A DNA stretch of 64,000 nucleotides, from assembly GCA_041686025.1 (NCBI GenBank), contig JAWLEP010000001.1:44545-108544 (forward strand). Direction: 5' to 3'. Within the stretch, counting starts at the first letter, position 1. Each line of letters begins with the position of its first letter. The position numbers and the translations under genes are program-made. The notes under the pieces were generated by a model that saw only the letters and a list, made by a program, of their open reading frames with translations, did not search any database and had not been told where the DNA came from. Source of the DNA: Candidatus Fermentibacteraceae bacterium (GTDB taxonomy: Bacteria > Fermentibacterota > Fermentibacteria > Fermentibacterales > JCC-6). Positions 27,869-38,687 of this stretch are shown here, in pieces.

Positions 27869-30800
27869 ATGACCGACTTCGTACATCTTCACCTTCACTC
27901 CGAGTACAGCCTCCTGGACGGGGCCATACGCTTCGAGCCCCTGGCCGAGCACCTGGAGCAGGCGGGCATGTCGGCCGCCGCGGTAACCGACCACGGCGCC
28001 ATGTTCGGCGCAGTGGAGTTCTGCAGCGTGATGGAGGGCCGGGGCCTCAAGCCCATCATCGGCATGGAGGCCTACCTGGCCCCCGGCTCCATGGAGGATC
28101 GGGGAAGCGACGCGGGCAAGCCCTACCATCTCACCCTCCTGGCCGCCACCGAGCAGGGCTACCGCAACCTCTGCCGGCTTTCCTCCATGGCGTACGTGAA
28201 GGGCTTCTACTACCGGCCCCGAATCGACAGAAAGGCGCTGGAGGAGAACTCCCAGGGCCTGCTGATCGGGTCCGCCTGCCTCCAGGGAGAGGTGGCCCGG
28301 AAGCTGCTGGCCGGCGACCGGGAGGGGGCCAGAGAGGCGGTCCGGTGGTACCAGGACCTGGTGGGCAGGGAGAGCTTCTTCCTGGAGCTGATGGATCACG
28401 GCCTGGAGGACGAGAAGAGGATCCTCCGGGACCTGGCCGAGCTGGGAGCGGAGACGGAGGCCCCGGTGGCCGCCACCAACGACGCCCACTACCTCCGGAG
28501 GGACCAGGCCGGGGCCCACGAGGTGCTCCTCTGCCTGCAGACGGGGAAGAAGCTGGAGGACCCCGATCGGATGCGGTTCTCCACCGAGGAGTTCTACGTA
28601 AAGACGCCCCTGGAGATGGAGAGGCTCTTCGACTGGATCCCCGAGAGCCTGACCAACACGGTGAAGATAGCCGAGAGATGCCGGTTCTCCCTGGGCAAGG
28701 GGGAGTTCCTGCTGCCGGAGTTCGGGATACCGCGGGAGGCCGGGAGCATGGACGACTACCTCCGCCGCCTCTCCTGCGACGGCCTCCGGCAACGGCTGGG
28801 GCGCGACCCGAACCCCCGGGAGAGGGAGCGGCTGGACCACGAGCTGGGCATCATCTCGGACATGGGCTTCCCGGGCTACTTCCTGATCGTCTCCGAGCTG
28901 CGAAGGTGGGCCCTGTCGCACGACATTCCCATGGGGCCGGGAAGGGGCTCCGCGGCGGGGAGCCTGGTCTCCTACGCCATCGACATCACAGACATCAACC
29001 CGCTCTCCTACGGGCTCAGCTTCGAGCGCTTCCTGAACCCCGCCCGGAAGCAGATGCCGGACATAGACCTGGACGTCTGCTACGAGAGACGGGGGGAGAT
29101 AATCAGCCACATCATCGAGCGCTACGGCCGGGAGAGCGTCTGTCAGCTGATAACCTTCAACCGGATGAAGAACAGGCTGGTGGTCCGGGACGTGGCCAGG
29201 GTGATGGGGATGAGCTACGACGAGGGCGACAGGCTGGCCAAGCTGGTGGCCACCGCCCCCGACCCCGACGCCCCCCTCCCCGAGATCGTGGAGGCGGTGC
29301 CGGAGCTTTCGGAGCTGCGGGACGAGGACCCCCGGGTGGGCAGGCTCCTGGATTACTCCCGGGACCTGGAGAACATCGCCCGGAACTCCTCGGTGCACGC
29401 CGCCGGCGTGATAATCACCCCCGGCAGGCTGGACGACCACGTTCCCCTCTACAGGACCAAGGAGGGGGAGATCACAACTCAGTTCGAGAAGAAGGCGGCG
29501 GAGAAGATCGGGCTGCTGAAGCTGGACGTCCTGGGCCTGCGCACCATAACCGTGATCCGTCACGCCGCAGACATGGCCCGCCGCCGGGACCCGTCGCTGC
29601 GGCCCGAGGAGCTGGGGTTCGACGACCCCGAGACCTACCGGCTCATACGCTCCGGCGAGACCATCGGCGTCTTCCAGCTGGAGAGCTCGGGCATGCGCGA
29701 GGCGCTGCGGAAGATCGAGGTCAGCAGCCTGGAGGACGTTGTGGCCTCGGTGGCCATCTTCCGGCCGGGCTCCATGCACATGATCGACCTCTACGCGGAC
29801 AACAAGAGGGGAATGGAGGACCCCGACCGCAGCTTCTCCATCGACTACCCCCATCCCGACCTGGAGGACATCCTCTCCGAGACCTACGGCGTCATAGTCT
29901 ACCAGGAGCAGGTAATGGGCATAGCCAACCGGCTGGCGGGGATGTCCATGGCCGACGCCGACATCCTGCGGAGGGCCATGTCCAAGAAGGACCCCGAGGT
30001 GATGGCCGGCATGCGCCGGCGGTTCATGGAGGGGGCCGGGGAGAGGGGAGTGGACGGGAAGACGGCCCGGGAGGTCTTCGACCAGATCGAGCGTTTCGCC
30101 GGCTACGGCTTCAACAAGTCCCACGCCGTCAGCTACGCGGTTCTGGCCTACCAGACCGCCTACCTGAAGGCCCACTACCCCGCCGAGTTCATGGCCGCCA
30201 ACCTGGCCAGCGAGATCGGCAAGATCGACAAGATAACGGCTCTGGTGGAGGAGTGCCGCAGGATGGGCCTGAAGATAGTCCCGCCCTCCGTCAACCACAG
30301 CAGCGTTAACTTCGATGTGGACGAGGAGGGTAGGATTGTTTACGCCCTCTCGGCGGTGAAGAACGTGGGCGAGGTTCCGGCTTCCGCCATAGTGCGGGAG
30401 AGGGAGGAGAACGGGCCGTACACGGACCTCTACGACCTCTGCACCCGGGTGGAGGCCGGCTGCGTTAACAAGCGCTCCCTGGAGTCCCTCACCGGTGCTG
30501 GGGCCCTGGACTGCCTGGAGGGCAACAGGGCCAGCCTGCTGGCCAGCCTGGAGAGGGGGCTGGAGTACGGCCAGAGGATCCGAAAGCTGAGGGCCGCCGG
30601 ACAGATGTCGCTCTTCTCCTCCGGAGGCGGGGGCGAATCGCCGCACAGGCCCGAGCTGGTGGAGACCGAGGACCTGGACCTGGACGAGAAGCTGGCCCTG
30701 GAGAGGTCGCTGCTGGGCTTCTTCCTCACCGGCCACCCCCTGGACCGCTTCGGAACCGAGATATCCCAGCTGGCTACATGCCGGGTGGAGGACCTGGACT

Positions 30801-31321
30801 CGGTCCGGGGGCGATACGCTTCCACCGCCGGCATGGTAAAGGAGAAGAGGCTGGTGCCCACCCGGAACGGGGACATGGCGTTCGTCACACTCGAGGGCAG
30901 GCAGGGAAGCGCCGACGTAATAGCCTTCAGCGACTGCCTGGATCGGTACGGTCAGCTGCTGGAGCCGGGAAGGGCCGTCTTCCTGGAGGGGGAGATAAGC
31001 GAGCGAAAGGGGGACCGGAAGCTCTGCGTCAGCAGGGTGATCCCGCTGGAGCGGTGCCGGGAGGAGCTGGGCGCGGGGCTGGACATCAGGCTCAGCAGCG
31101 ATTCAGTGGAGATGGAGGCCCTGGACAGGGCCCTGAAGGCGATACGCTCCTCTCCCGGAGGCGGCAGGGTGCGGGTCACGGTCCGCCATCCCTCCGGGCG
31201 GAAGGCCAGCGCGGTCTCCCGCTCGCTGCGGGTGAACCCCACCGACAGCCTGCTTGCGCGGCTGCGGGAGGTTCTGGGTGGAGATTGCGTCAGCCTGACA
31301 GGTGGAAGGGGAACCCGATGA
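27869..31321 (+). CDS. dnaE: DNA polymerase III alpha subunit
   Basis: HLH.HSEYSLLDG, GPGRGSAAGS, FERFLNP.R..MPDIDLD, GYGFNKSH, OB fold. Confidence 0.98.
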   Translation: MTDFVHLHLHSEYSLLDGAIRFEPLAEHLEQAGMSAAAVTDHGAMFGAVEFCSVMEGRGLKPIIGMEAYLAPGSMEDRGSDAGKPYHLTLLAATEQGYRNLCRLSSMAYVKGFYYRPRIDRKALEENSQGLLIGSACLQGEVARKLLAGDREGAREAVRWYQDLVGRESFFLELMDHGLEDEKRILRDLAELGAETEAPVAATNDAHYLRRDQAGAHEVLLCLQTGKKLEDPDRMRFSTEEFYVKTPLEMERLFDWIPESLTNTVKIAERCRFSLGKGEFLLPEFGIPREAGSMDDYLRRLSCDGLRQRLGRDPNPRERERLDHELGIISDMGFPGYFLIVSELRRWALSHDIPMGPGRGSAAGSLVSYAIDITDINPLSYGLSFERFLNPARKQMPDIDLDVCYERRGEIISHIIERYGRESVCQLITFNRMKNRLVVRDVARVMGMSYDEGDRLAKLVATAPDPDAPLPEIVEAVPELSELRDEDPRVGRLLDYSRDLENIARNSSVHAAGVIITPGRLDDHVPLYRTKEGEITTQFEKKAAEKIGLLKLDVLGLRTITVIRHAADMARRRDPSLRPEELGFDDPETYRLIRSGETIGVFQLESSGMREALRKIEVSSLEDVVASVAIFRPGSMHMIDLYADNKRGMEDPDRSFSIDYPHPDLEDILSETYGVIVYQEQVMGIANRLAGMSMADADILRRAMSKKDPEVMAGMRRRFMEGAGERGVDGKTAREVFDQIERFAGYGFNKSHAVSYAVLAYQTAYLKAHYPAEFMAANLASEIGKIDKITALVEECRRMGLKIVPPSVNHSSVNFDVDEEGRIVYALSAVKNVGEVPASAIVREREENGPYTDLYDLCTRVEAGCVNKRSLESLTGAGALDCLEGNRASLLASLERGLEYGQRIRKLRAAGQMSLFSSGGGGESPHRPELVETEDLDLDEKLALERSLLGFFLTGHPLDRFGTEISQLATCRVEDLDSVRGRYASTAGMVKEKRLVPTRNGDMAFVTLEGRQGSADVIAFSDCLDRYGQLLEPGRAVFLEGEISERKGDRKLCVSRVIPLERCREELGAGLDIRLSSDSVEMEALDRALKAIRSSPGGGRVRVTVRHPSGRKASAVSRSLRVNPTDSLLARLREVLGGDCVSLTGGRGTR

Positions 31322-32034
31322 GATGGCTAAGCCCGCTGCTCCTGGCGGCGATGCTCGGCCCCGCCGCGCACGCCGGAGAGCTCATGAGGCTGGTCACGGA
31401 GCCCACGGCGGGGGTGGTGGCGAAGCGAACCTACTACGTGGGCATGGGCACCTTCCCGGACAACGGGGTGACCTTCTCGGTCTCCCTGGGGATCACCCGG
31501 GGACTGATGGTGGGGGCCTCCTACGGCGCCTGGAACCTCACCGGCACCGGCGAGACCGACTGGTTCGACCACGTCACCATCCTGGCCAGGTTTCGCTTCC
31601 TGGGGGAGACCGAGGGCTTCCCGGGCCTGGCCCTGGGGTACGACGGCCGGGAGGAGCCGTCCCGTGCCGGCGGCGCGTACTCCAGGCGGGACAGGGGATT
31701 CTACCTGGCGGCCAGCAAGAACTTCGCCATGCCTCCCGGAGACCTCGGCCTCCATGGGGGATTGAGCCTGTCTCCGGATCACCCGGAGCATGCCGGGGTA
31801 TTCCTGGGCATCGACAAGAGCCTTCCCGGCGGGTTCGGCCTGGCCGCCGACTGGGACCTGGCCACGGACGAGGCGGACAGCGTGAGGTTCGACGACGCGG
31901 GCGGCTTCGTAAACCTGGAGGCCTACTGGGAGAGCTTCGGGCAGGTCAGGATATCGCTGCAGCTCAAGGACATACTGGAATCAGGCGGGGAGAGCTACAG
32001 GGCACTGGGGGTAGACTTCCTGGGCCTCCTCTGA
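31318..32034 (+). CDS. Putative outer-membrane protein (YjbH-like)
   Basis: Signal peptide, PTAG motif, beta-strand pattern. Confidence 0.6.
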   Translation: MRWLSPLLLAAMLGPAAHAGELMRLVTEPTAGVVAKRTYYVGMGTFPDNGVTFSVSLGITRGLMVGASYGAWNLTGTGETDWFDHVTILARFRFLGETEGFPGLALGYDGREEPSRAGGAYSRRDRGFYLAASKNFAMPPGDLGLHGGLSLSPDHPEHAGVFLGIDKSLPGGFGLAADWDLATDEADSVRFDDAGGFVNLEAYWESFGQVRISLQLKDILESGGESYRALGVDFLGLL

Positions 32035-32075
32035 ACCGCAGGGGATCATCCATCAAAAGGAACGGAAGACTGGAA

Positions 32076-33308
32076 ATGGACCTGGACAGGATTCGCTCAG
32101 ACTACGCCCGCATGCTGATCCGATCGGGAGTCAACGTCACGGAGGGGCAGCCGGTGCTGATCCGGGCCGAGGCGGTACACAGGGAGTTCGCCAGGGAGCT
32201 GGCCCGGGAGGCCTACCGGGCCGGGGCCAGGGCCGTGGTCCTGCGGTACGGCGACCAGGCGGCCGGGCGGATAAGGCTGGACGAGACCAGGGACCCGGAG
32301 TACCTGGACTTCGTCCCCGGGTACGCGCAGAAGATGTACGACACCATCGTGGAGGGGAACTGGGCCAGCATCGCCCTGCGGGGGCCGGAGGACCCCGACG
32401 TCTACGAGGGCGCGGACCCGCAGCGCCTGGGCCGGGTGCAGAAGGCAACCCGAATGGCGGCCAGGGACTTCATGTCGGCCGTTTCCTCCAACAGGATCTC
32501 CTGGAACGTCTGCCTGAGCCCCACCGAGGCCTGGGCGGCCAAGGTCCTGGGAGAGAGCGGCGCGGACTGGCGGGAGAGGATATGGGAGGTTCTGGTTCCC
32601 ATCCTGCGGCTGGACGCGGAGGATCCGGCGGCGGCCTGGCTGGAGCACGACGCCGAGCTGAAGCGCCGCTGCGGGCACATGAACGGCGCCCGCTACGACG
32701 GGATTCGCTTCCGCGGCCCGGGAACCGACCTGTTCGTGGGCCTGCGGCCGGACAGGGTGTTCGCCGGCGGCAGATGCCGGGCGGCCGACGGCAGGATGTT
32801 CTTCCCCAACATCCCCACCGAGGAGATCTTCAGCACCCCCGATGCCGCCAGGACCAGGGGCCGGGCGGCCTGCACCAGGCCGGTGGAGGTCATGGGCACC
32901 CCGGTGGAGGGGGCGTGGTTCGTCTTCGAGGAGGGGAAGGTGGTGGACTTCGGCGCCGACAGGAACCGGGAGACACTTGCCCGCTACCTGGAGACCGATG
33001 ACCGGGCGGCCTACCTCGGCGAGGTGGCGCTGGTGGATGTCTCCTCTCCCATATTCAGCAGCGGACGGGTCTTCCACAGCATCCTCTTCGACGAGAACGC
33101 CGCCTGTCACATCGCCCTGGGCAACGGCTACGCGGACTGCATAGAGGGCGGCACGGAGATGAGCAGAGACCAGCTTCGGGAGGTGGGCTGCAACGTCTCG
33201 CTGGTCCATACCGATTTCATGATCGGCTCCGAAGAGGTCTCCGTCTGGGGCGTGGACAGCGACGGCGGCGAGGAGCCGGTAATGGACTGTGGAAGCTTTG
33301 TGATTTAG
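32076..33308 (+). CDS. Aminopeptidase, peptidase M29 (AmpS/AmpT-like)
   Basis: [38 protein letters not shown]. Confidence 0.93.
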   Translation: MDLDRIRSDYARMLIRSGVNVTEGQPVLIRAEAVHREFARELAREAYRAGARAVVLRYGDQAAGRIRLDETRDPEYLDFVPGYAQKMYDTIVEGNWASIALRGPEDPDVYEGADPQRLGRVQKATRMAARDFMSAVSSNRISWNVCLSPTEAWAAKVLGESGADWRERIWEVLVPILRLDAEDPAAAWLEHDAELKRRCGHMNGARYDGIRFRGPGTDLFVGLRPDRVFAGGRCRAADGRMFFPNIPTEEIFSTPDAARTRGRAACTRPVEVMGTPVEGAWFVFEEGKVVDFGADRNRETLARYLETDDRAAYLGEVALVDVSSPIFSSGRVFHSILFDENAACHIALGNGYADCIEGGTEMSRDQLREVGCNVSLVHTDFMIGSEEVSVWGVDSDGGEEPVMDCGSFVI

Positions 33309-33316
33309 GGGGAGAG

Positions 33317-33493
33317 ATGCTCGACGAGAAGCTGCTGGAGATACTGGCCTGCCCCAAGTGCAAGGGCGAGCTGGAGTACAGGACCGAGCCCCGGGAGGAG
33401 CTGGTCTGCCACAAGTGCAGGCTGGTATACCGGGTGGAGGACGACATACCCATCATGCTCATAGACGAGGCTGCTCCGCTGGAGGGGGAGTGA
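33317..33493 (+). CDS. Trm112/YcaR family protein
   Basis: [19 protein letters not shown]...LVC..C...[14 protein letters not shown] (58 aa; absent from the ORF track). Confidence 0.92.
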   Translation: MLDEKLLEILACPKCKGELEYRTEPREELVCHKCRLVYRVEDDIPIMLIDEAAPLEGE

Positions 33494-33756
33494 CGCGGAT
33501 AGTCCTGGACCTGAAAGTGGTGCCCCGTTCCTCCCGGCCCGGGTACCTGGGCCGCATGGCGGACGGGACGCTGAGGTTCGGCCTCTCCTCTCCTCCCGTG
33601 GACGGAAAGGCAAACCGCGAGCTGGCGGAGATGCTGGCGGAGGCCTTCGGCACCCGCAGGTCCGGGGTGGAGATCCTCTCCGGCTCCGCAAGCCGGCGCA
33701 AGAGGGTGGCGGTTGCCGGCGCCACCCGCAGGCCCGGCTGGTACGGGCGGTCGTAG
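33490..33756 (+). CDS. DUF167/YggU family protein
   Basis: [30 protein letters not shown] overlap. Confidence 0.88.
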   Translation: MTRIVLDLKVVPRSSRPGYLGRMADGTLRFGLSSPPVDGKANRELAEMLAEAFGTRRSGVEILSGSASRRKRVAVAGATRRPGWYGRS

Positions 33757-33766
33757 CCGCAACAGC

Positions 33767-33795
33767 TTGCACTTGGCCTTCGTGCTTCACATAAT
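33767..33795 (+). promoter_or_regulatory. Sigma70-type promoter for the PNP-like/ileS operon
   Basis: TTGCAC-N17-CATAAT. Confidence 0.6.
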
Positions 33796-33879
33796 CGCCG
33801 TTCCCGTCGGGGCGGCCACCGGTTACTCACCGGCGCCGCCCCGCCGGGTTTTCACCCGGAGCGGAGAGGACTGGCCCGA

Positions 33880-34461
33880 ATGCTGGTTATGCTTCCCCAG
33901 GACTGGCCGGACGATCTGGACTCTTCCGTGGAGGCGGAATCGGTGCGCGTCCTCCGGCGAAAGCCGGGTAGGGACGGCTGCGACTCGGTGCGGTCGGCCC
34001 TGGGAAGCGGAGAGAGGCTGTTCCTCCTCTGCGCCGACGGGGCGGCGGCGGATTCGGGATGGATGGTGGCCGGGGACCACATCGGCCTGTTCGGGCCCAG
34101 CCCGCTGGCGGGTCCCAACCGGGACGACCTGGGCCCCCGCTTTCCCTCTCTGAAGGGCATATACAGCTGCCCCGAGGGGAGCTGGCGGAGGGGCTTGGTG
34201 CTGCGGGTACCCCACTGGCAGCTGGCCACTCCGGCGGAGCTGGCGGCAACCGGAGCGGATGCCGCGGTCTCCGCGGCGGTGGACGAAGCCGTGGTGGCCG
34301 GCCACGGAGGCGGAAGGGTGATGCTTCTGGTGCGCTGCAGCGCCTGGGGCTCCGCATGCGGGGAGCCGGCGCCGCTGGCAGAGGCGGCCAGCAGGTTCTG
34401 CGAGACCGAAGGCGAAAACCATGAGAGCGGGGCAGGGGCCCCGGAGACCCGAGGGAGGTGA
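33880..34461 (+). CDS. Degenerate purine-nucleoside phosphorylase-like protein
   Basis: DHI.L.G.SPL.GPN..DLGPRFP, TPAE, GADA are retained; N-terminal phosphate-binding and catalytic motifs are absent. Confidence 0.7.
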   Translation: MLVMLPQDWPDDLDSSVEAESVRVLRRKPGRDGCDSVRSALGSGERLFLLCADGAAADSGWMVAGDHIGLFGPSPLAGPNRDDLGPRFPSLKGIYSCPEGSWRRGLVLRVPHWQLATPAELAATGADAAVSAAVDEAVVAGHGGGRVMLLVRCSAWGSACGEPAPLAEAASRFCETEGENHESGAGAPETRGR

Positions 34462-34468
34462 GGGGCGA

Positions 34469-37234
34469 ATGAGTTACAAGGATTCCATAAGTCTGCCGAA
34501 GACCAGCTTCTCCATGAAGGGCAACCTCATCAGGAGGGAGCCGGAGATGCTGAAGGACTGGGACGAGCAGGACCTCGAGGGCCGGCTGAGAGAGGCCGGC
34601 GGGGGGCGCCCCCGCTTCGTGCTCCACGACGGCCCCCCCTACGCCAACGGCCACGTCCACCTGGGGACGGCGCTGAACAAGATACTGAAGGACTTCATAG
34701 TCAAGTCACACACCATGATGGGCTACGACTCCCCCTACGTGCCGGGATGGGACTGCCACGGCATGCCCATAGAGCACAAGGTGGTGAGCGCCGCCGAGGG
34801 AGAGGACCTGACCAGGGCCGAGATCCGCCGGAGGTGCCGGGAGTACGCCCTGAGGTACGTGGACGTCCAGCGGGAGGAGTTCCGCCGGCTGGGCGTTTTC
34901 GGGCAGTGGCAGAGACCCTACCTCACCATGAGCCGGTCCTACGAGGCCGGCATCGTGCGGGCCTTCGGCAGGATGGCGGGAAAGGGCTACGTCTACCTGG
35001 GCCTGAGGCCCATCCACTGGTGCACCTCCTGCTCCACCGCCCTGGCCGACGCCGAGGTGGAGTACGCCGACCACTCCTCGCCGTCGATATACGTGGCCTT
35101 CGACCCGGCGGACCCGGACCGGTGGCGGGACCGGGGCGTCCCGGAAGGCACCCGCGTGGTGATATGGACCACCACCCCCTGGACGCTTCCGGCCAACCGG
35201 GCGGTGGCCCTGCATCCCTCCGCCCGCTACGTGGTGGTGGAGACCGCCGATTACGGCAGGCTCCTGGTGGCGGCGGACAGGGCGGAGGCCTTCCTGAAGG
35301 ACGCCGGACTGGAGGGCAGCGTCTCCGAGTCGCCCACCCTCACCGGCGCAGAGCTTGCGGGGCTGGATCTGCGGCACCCCCTGGACGGCGACGTGCGTTC
35401 GAAGGTGGTCACCGCGGAGCACGTTACCATGGATGACGGCACCGGCTGCGTGCACACCGCCCCCGGACACGGCGCCGAGGACTTCATGATAGCCCCGGAG
35501 TACGAGCTGGAGGTCTTCAGCCCCGTGGACGGGGATGGCCGCTTCACCGGAGCCGCCGGCCCCTACGCCGGCCTGCACGTCTTCGAGGCGAACCCCCGGA
35601 TAACCGAGGACCTGCGGAATTCCGGCCATCTGCTGGCCTCCCGGAGCATAACCCACAGCTATCCGCACTGCTGGAGGTGCAAGAGCCCCCTGATCTTCCG
35701 GGCCACCGAGCAGTTCTTCCTGGACCTGGACCGCCACGGCCTGAAGGACCGGGTGCTGGACATGGTGGAGGAGGTGAGCTGGCATCCCGCCTGGGGCCAC
35801 GAGCGCATGCGCAACATGATGGAGTCCCGGCCGGACTGGTGCCTCTCGCGGCAGCGGGCCTGGGGCGTCGCCCTGCCCGCCTTCCTCTGCCGGGACTGCG
35901 GCAGCCCGGTGCTGGACCCCGAGGTCATCGACGCGGTGGCCGACCTGGTGGAGGAGGAGGGGTCGGACGTGTGGTTCGACCGCAGCCCGGAGCAGCTCTT
36001 CGACCTGGCGGGGAAGAGCCCGGAGTGCCCCTCCTGCGGAGGCGGCTCGCTGAGGCGTGTCGATGACATACTGGACGTCTGGTTCGACAGCTCCCTCAGC
36101 CACTACAACGTGCTCACCGGCCGGCACATGCTGGAGCGTCCCTGTGCCGTGTACCTGGAGGCCACCGACCAGCACCGCGGCTGGTTCGGCGTCAGCCTGA
36201 TATCCAGCTGCGCGCTGGACCTGGACCGCCCCGCCGACAACATCATCACCCACGGCCTGATACAGGACAAGCACGGCAAGAAGATGTCCAAGTCCCTGGG
36301 CAACGTGATCTCGCCGCTGGAGATAGTGGACAGGATGGGGGCCGACATCCTCAGGCTGTGGTTCGCCTCCGTGGACTACACGGCGGACTTCCGGGCGGAC
36401 ATGGCCCAGCTGGACGATGCCAGGCAGGCCTACAAGAAGCTGCGCAACACGCTGCGCTTCATGCTGGGCAACCTCCGGGGATACGACACCCACGATTTCG
36501 ACCCCGAGACCCTCGACGGCCTGGACCGCTACTCCTACCTCCGCTTCCGCAGGCTGCAGGAGCTGTGCCTGAGGGAGTACCGGAGCTTCGAGTTCCACCG
36601 CGCCTACCGCGAGCTGCGCAACTTCGCCGTCATCGACCTCTCCAACCTGCTGCTGGACGTCCGCAAGGACCGGCTCTACTGCGGCGACCCGGAGGGGGCG
36701 GAGAGGCGGAGCACCCGCTCGCTGCTGGCCCACATGCTGCGGGAGCTGGTGAAGCTGCTGGCCCCCATAGTGCCCTTCACCGCCGAGGACGCCTGGCAGA
36801 ACCTTCCGGAGTGCCTCGGCGGGGGTGTGGACAGCGTGCACCTGGCCCTGCTGGAGCAGGTGGAGACCACGGAAGCGGAGAGGGCGGAGATGGAGGCCTG
36901 GGAGCCCTGCCTCGAGGTCCGCTCCCTGGCGCAGAAGAAGCTGGAGGAGGCCCGGGAGAGCGGCCTGATCCGCGACAGCCTGCAGGCCAGGGTCAAGATG
37001 ACGGTTCCCCCGGAAATGGTGCAGTCCGCCCGGGGGGAGGACTGGGCCGACTTCCTCATCGTCTCCGCCGCGGAGGTAGCCGCCGGCGACCAGCCTTCGG
37101 TGGAGGTGGAGAGGGCCCGCGGCGGCAAGTGCCAGCGCTGCTGGAAATGGACGCCGGAGGTGGGCACCGCTCCCTACGCCGAAGATGTCTGCCTGCGGTG
37201 CTCGGAGGTCCTGACGAGGATGGAAGAGGGCTGA
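34469..37234 (+). CDS. ileS: Isoleucine--tRNA ligase
   Basis: LHDGPPYANG, HLGT (HIGH), GWDCHG, WTTTPWT, KMSKS, C-terminal Zn finger. Confidence 0.98.
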   Translation: MSYKDSISLPKTSFSMKGNLIRREPEMLKDWDEQDLEGRLREAGGGRPRFVLHDGPPYANGHVHLGTALNKILKDFIVKSHTMMGYDSPYVPGWDCHGMPIEHKVVSAAEGEDLTRAEIRRRCREYALRYVDVQREEFRRLGVFGQWQRPYLTMSRSYEAGIVRAFGRMAGKGYVYLGLRPIHWCTSCSTALADAEVEYADHSSPSIYVAFDPADPDRWRDRGVPEGTRVVIWTTTPWTLPANRAVALHPSARYVVVETADYGRLLVAADRAEAFLKDAGLEGSVSESPTLTGAELAGLDLRHPLDGDVRSKVVTAEHVTMDDGTGCVHTAPGHGAEDFMIAPEYELEVFSPVDGDGRFTGAAGPYAGLHVFEANPRITEDLRNSGHLLASRSITHSYPHCWRCKSPLIFRATEQFFLDLDRHGLKDRVLDMVEEVSWHPAWGHERMRNMMESRPDWCLSRQRAWGVALPAFLCRDCGSPVLDPEVIDAVADLVEEEGSDVWFDRSPEQLFDLAGKSPECPSCGGGSLRRVDDILDVWFDSSLSHYNVLTGRHMLERPCAVYLEATDQHRGWFGVSLISSCALDLDRPADNIITHGLIQDKHGKKMSKSLGNVISPLEIVDRMGADILRLWFASVDYTADFRADMAQLDDARQAYKKLRNTLRFMLGNLRGYDTHDFDPETLDGLDRYSYLRFRRLQELCLREYRSFEFHRAYRELRNFAVIDLSNLLLDVRKDRLYCGDPEGAERRSTRSLLAHMLRELVKLLAPIVPFTAEDAWQNLPECLGGGVDSVHLALLEQVETTEAERAEMEAWEPCLEVRSLAQKKLEEARESGLIRDSLQARVKMTVPPEMVQSARGEDWADFLIVSAAEVAAGDQPSVEVERARGGKCQRCWKWTPEVGTAPYAEDVCLRCSEVLTRMEEG

Positions 37235-37743
37235 TGCCGGGCTGGCCCTCCCGAATACGCGCCTACGGACTGGGCCTTCTGGTGCTGGGCCTGGACCAGG
37301 TCACCAAGCAGCTGGCGTCATCGGGCCTCACCATGGGCCGGCCGGTGGAGCTGGCCGGCCCGGCCGTAAGGCTGGCCCTCCGGCGCAACGCGGCGGCGGC
37401 CTTCAGCATTCCCTGGGGAGGGCCGGAGTTCCTTCTGGTGTTCAGCGCCGCCGCCGCCATCGTGGTGGCGGTGGTGATCTGGCGCTGTCGCAGCTGCAGG
37501 CCGGTCTCGCTTCTGGCCCTGGGTGCGATCATGGGCGGCGCCGCCGGAAACGCGGTGGACCGCGTGCTCCACGGCTGGGTGATAGACTTCATAGACCTGG
37601 GCGCGGGGGGCTGGCGCTGGCCCACCTTCAACGTAGCGGACATAGCCATAACCGCAGGAGGTGTCCTGCTGGTGATACTCCACGGCGGAAAGACCGGATC
37701 ACGGGGGAAGGGAGGGGAGGTCGGTGATGGACAGCAGGCCTGA
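37234..37743 (+). CDS. lspA: Lipoprotein signal peptidase
   Basis: DQVTK, N.AAAFS, GNAVDR, VIDFI, FNVAD. Confidence 0.95.
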   Translation: MPGWPSRIRAYGLGLLVLGLDQVTKQLASSGLTMGRPVELAGPAVRLALRRNAAAAFSIPWGGPEFLLVFSAAAAIVVAVVIWRCRSCRPVSLLALGAIMGGAAGNAVDRVLHGWVIDFIDLGAGGWRWPTFNVADIAITAGGVLLVILHGGKTGSRGKGGEVGDGQQA

Positions 37744-38686
37744 CAGACACGGATGCACGGTGGTGGCCATCGGCGGGAACTCCCTGATCCGCTCCCACCG
37801 GAAGGGCCGGGGCAACCTGGACACCCACGACGTGGCCCGGGAGATCTGCGAGGAGATAGCGGTGCTGGCGGAGATCCGGGGCAGCGTGGTGGTGACCCAC
37901 GGGAACGGGCCCCAGGTGGGCTTCGAGCTGCTCCGCAACGCGGCGGCGGCCGACATCGTCCCCCCCGACGGCATGGACGTCAACGTGGCCGCCACCCAGG
38001 GCTACATAGGCTACTACCTCCAGCAGGTACTGGGCGACGTCCTGGAGGAGCGGGGCAGGGACATCCCGGTGGCCAGCCTGGTGACCCAGATCACCGTGGA
38101 CCCCGATGACCCGGGGTTCGACAGTCCCACCAAGCCGGTAGGCCCCTTCTACACCGAGGAGGAGGCCCGCCGCATGGCGGAGGATGACGGATGGGAGATG
38201 CGGGAGGACGCCGGCCGCGGCTGGCGGCGGGTGGTCCCCTCTCCCCGGCCGGTGAAGATACTGGAGCTCCCCTGCGTGGAGGCTCTGGTGGACGCCGGCC
38301 AGATAGTGATCTGCGCCGGCGGCGGCGGCGTTCCGGTGGTCCGGGACGGCTGCAAGGTGCGGGGGGTGGCCGCGGTGATAGACAAGGACAGGGCCAGCTC
38401 GCTGCTGGCCCAGCGCCTGGGTGCGGACACCTTCGTGATCTCCACCGCCGTGCCGCAGGTGTGCCTCAACTTCGGCCGCCCCGACGAGAGGCCCCTGGAC
38501 AGGATCGGTCCCGAGGAGCTGGACCGCTACGTGGAGGAGGGCCACTTCGCCCCGGGCTCCATGCTGCCCAAGATAGAGGCCGCCCGCCGCTTCCTGGAGG
38601 GGGGCGGCAGCCGCGTGATCATCACCTCCCCGGGCAACGTCATCGAGGCCATGGAGGGCCGCGCCGGCACCACAATAACACCGTAA
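37724..38686 (+). CDS. arcC: Carbamate kinase
   Basis: VAIGGN, THGNGPQVG, PTKPVGPFY, RRVVPSP, GGGGVPV, GSMLPK. Confidence 0.95.
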   Translation: MMDSRPDRHGCTVVAIGGNSLIRSHRKGRGNLDTHDVAREICEEIAVLAEIRGSVVVTHGNGPQVGFELLRNAAAADIVPPDGMDVNVAATQGYIGYYLQQVLGDVLEERGRDIPVASLVTQITVDPDDPGFDSPTKPVGPFYTEEEARRMAEDDGWEMREDAGRGWRRVVPSPRPVKILELPCVEALVDAGQIVICAGGGGVPVVRDGCKVRGVAAVIDKDRASSLLAQRLGADTFVISTAVPQVCLNFGRPDERPLDRIGPEELDRYVEEGHFAPGSMLPKIEAARRFLEGGGSRVIITSPGNVIEAMEGRAGTTITP

Positions 38687-38687
38687 T

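Noticed and set aside
27851..30736. Long antisense ORFs opposite dnaE (likewise opposite ileS, thrS, dxs, smc)
   Set aside because: Shadow ORFs caused by high GC3 codon bias; the sense-strand genes are unambiguous.
33796..34468. T-box leader for ileS
   Set aside because: No T-box consensus seen; the region is occupied by the PNP-like ORF.
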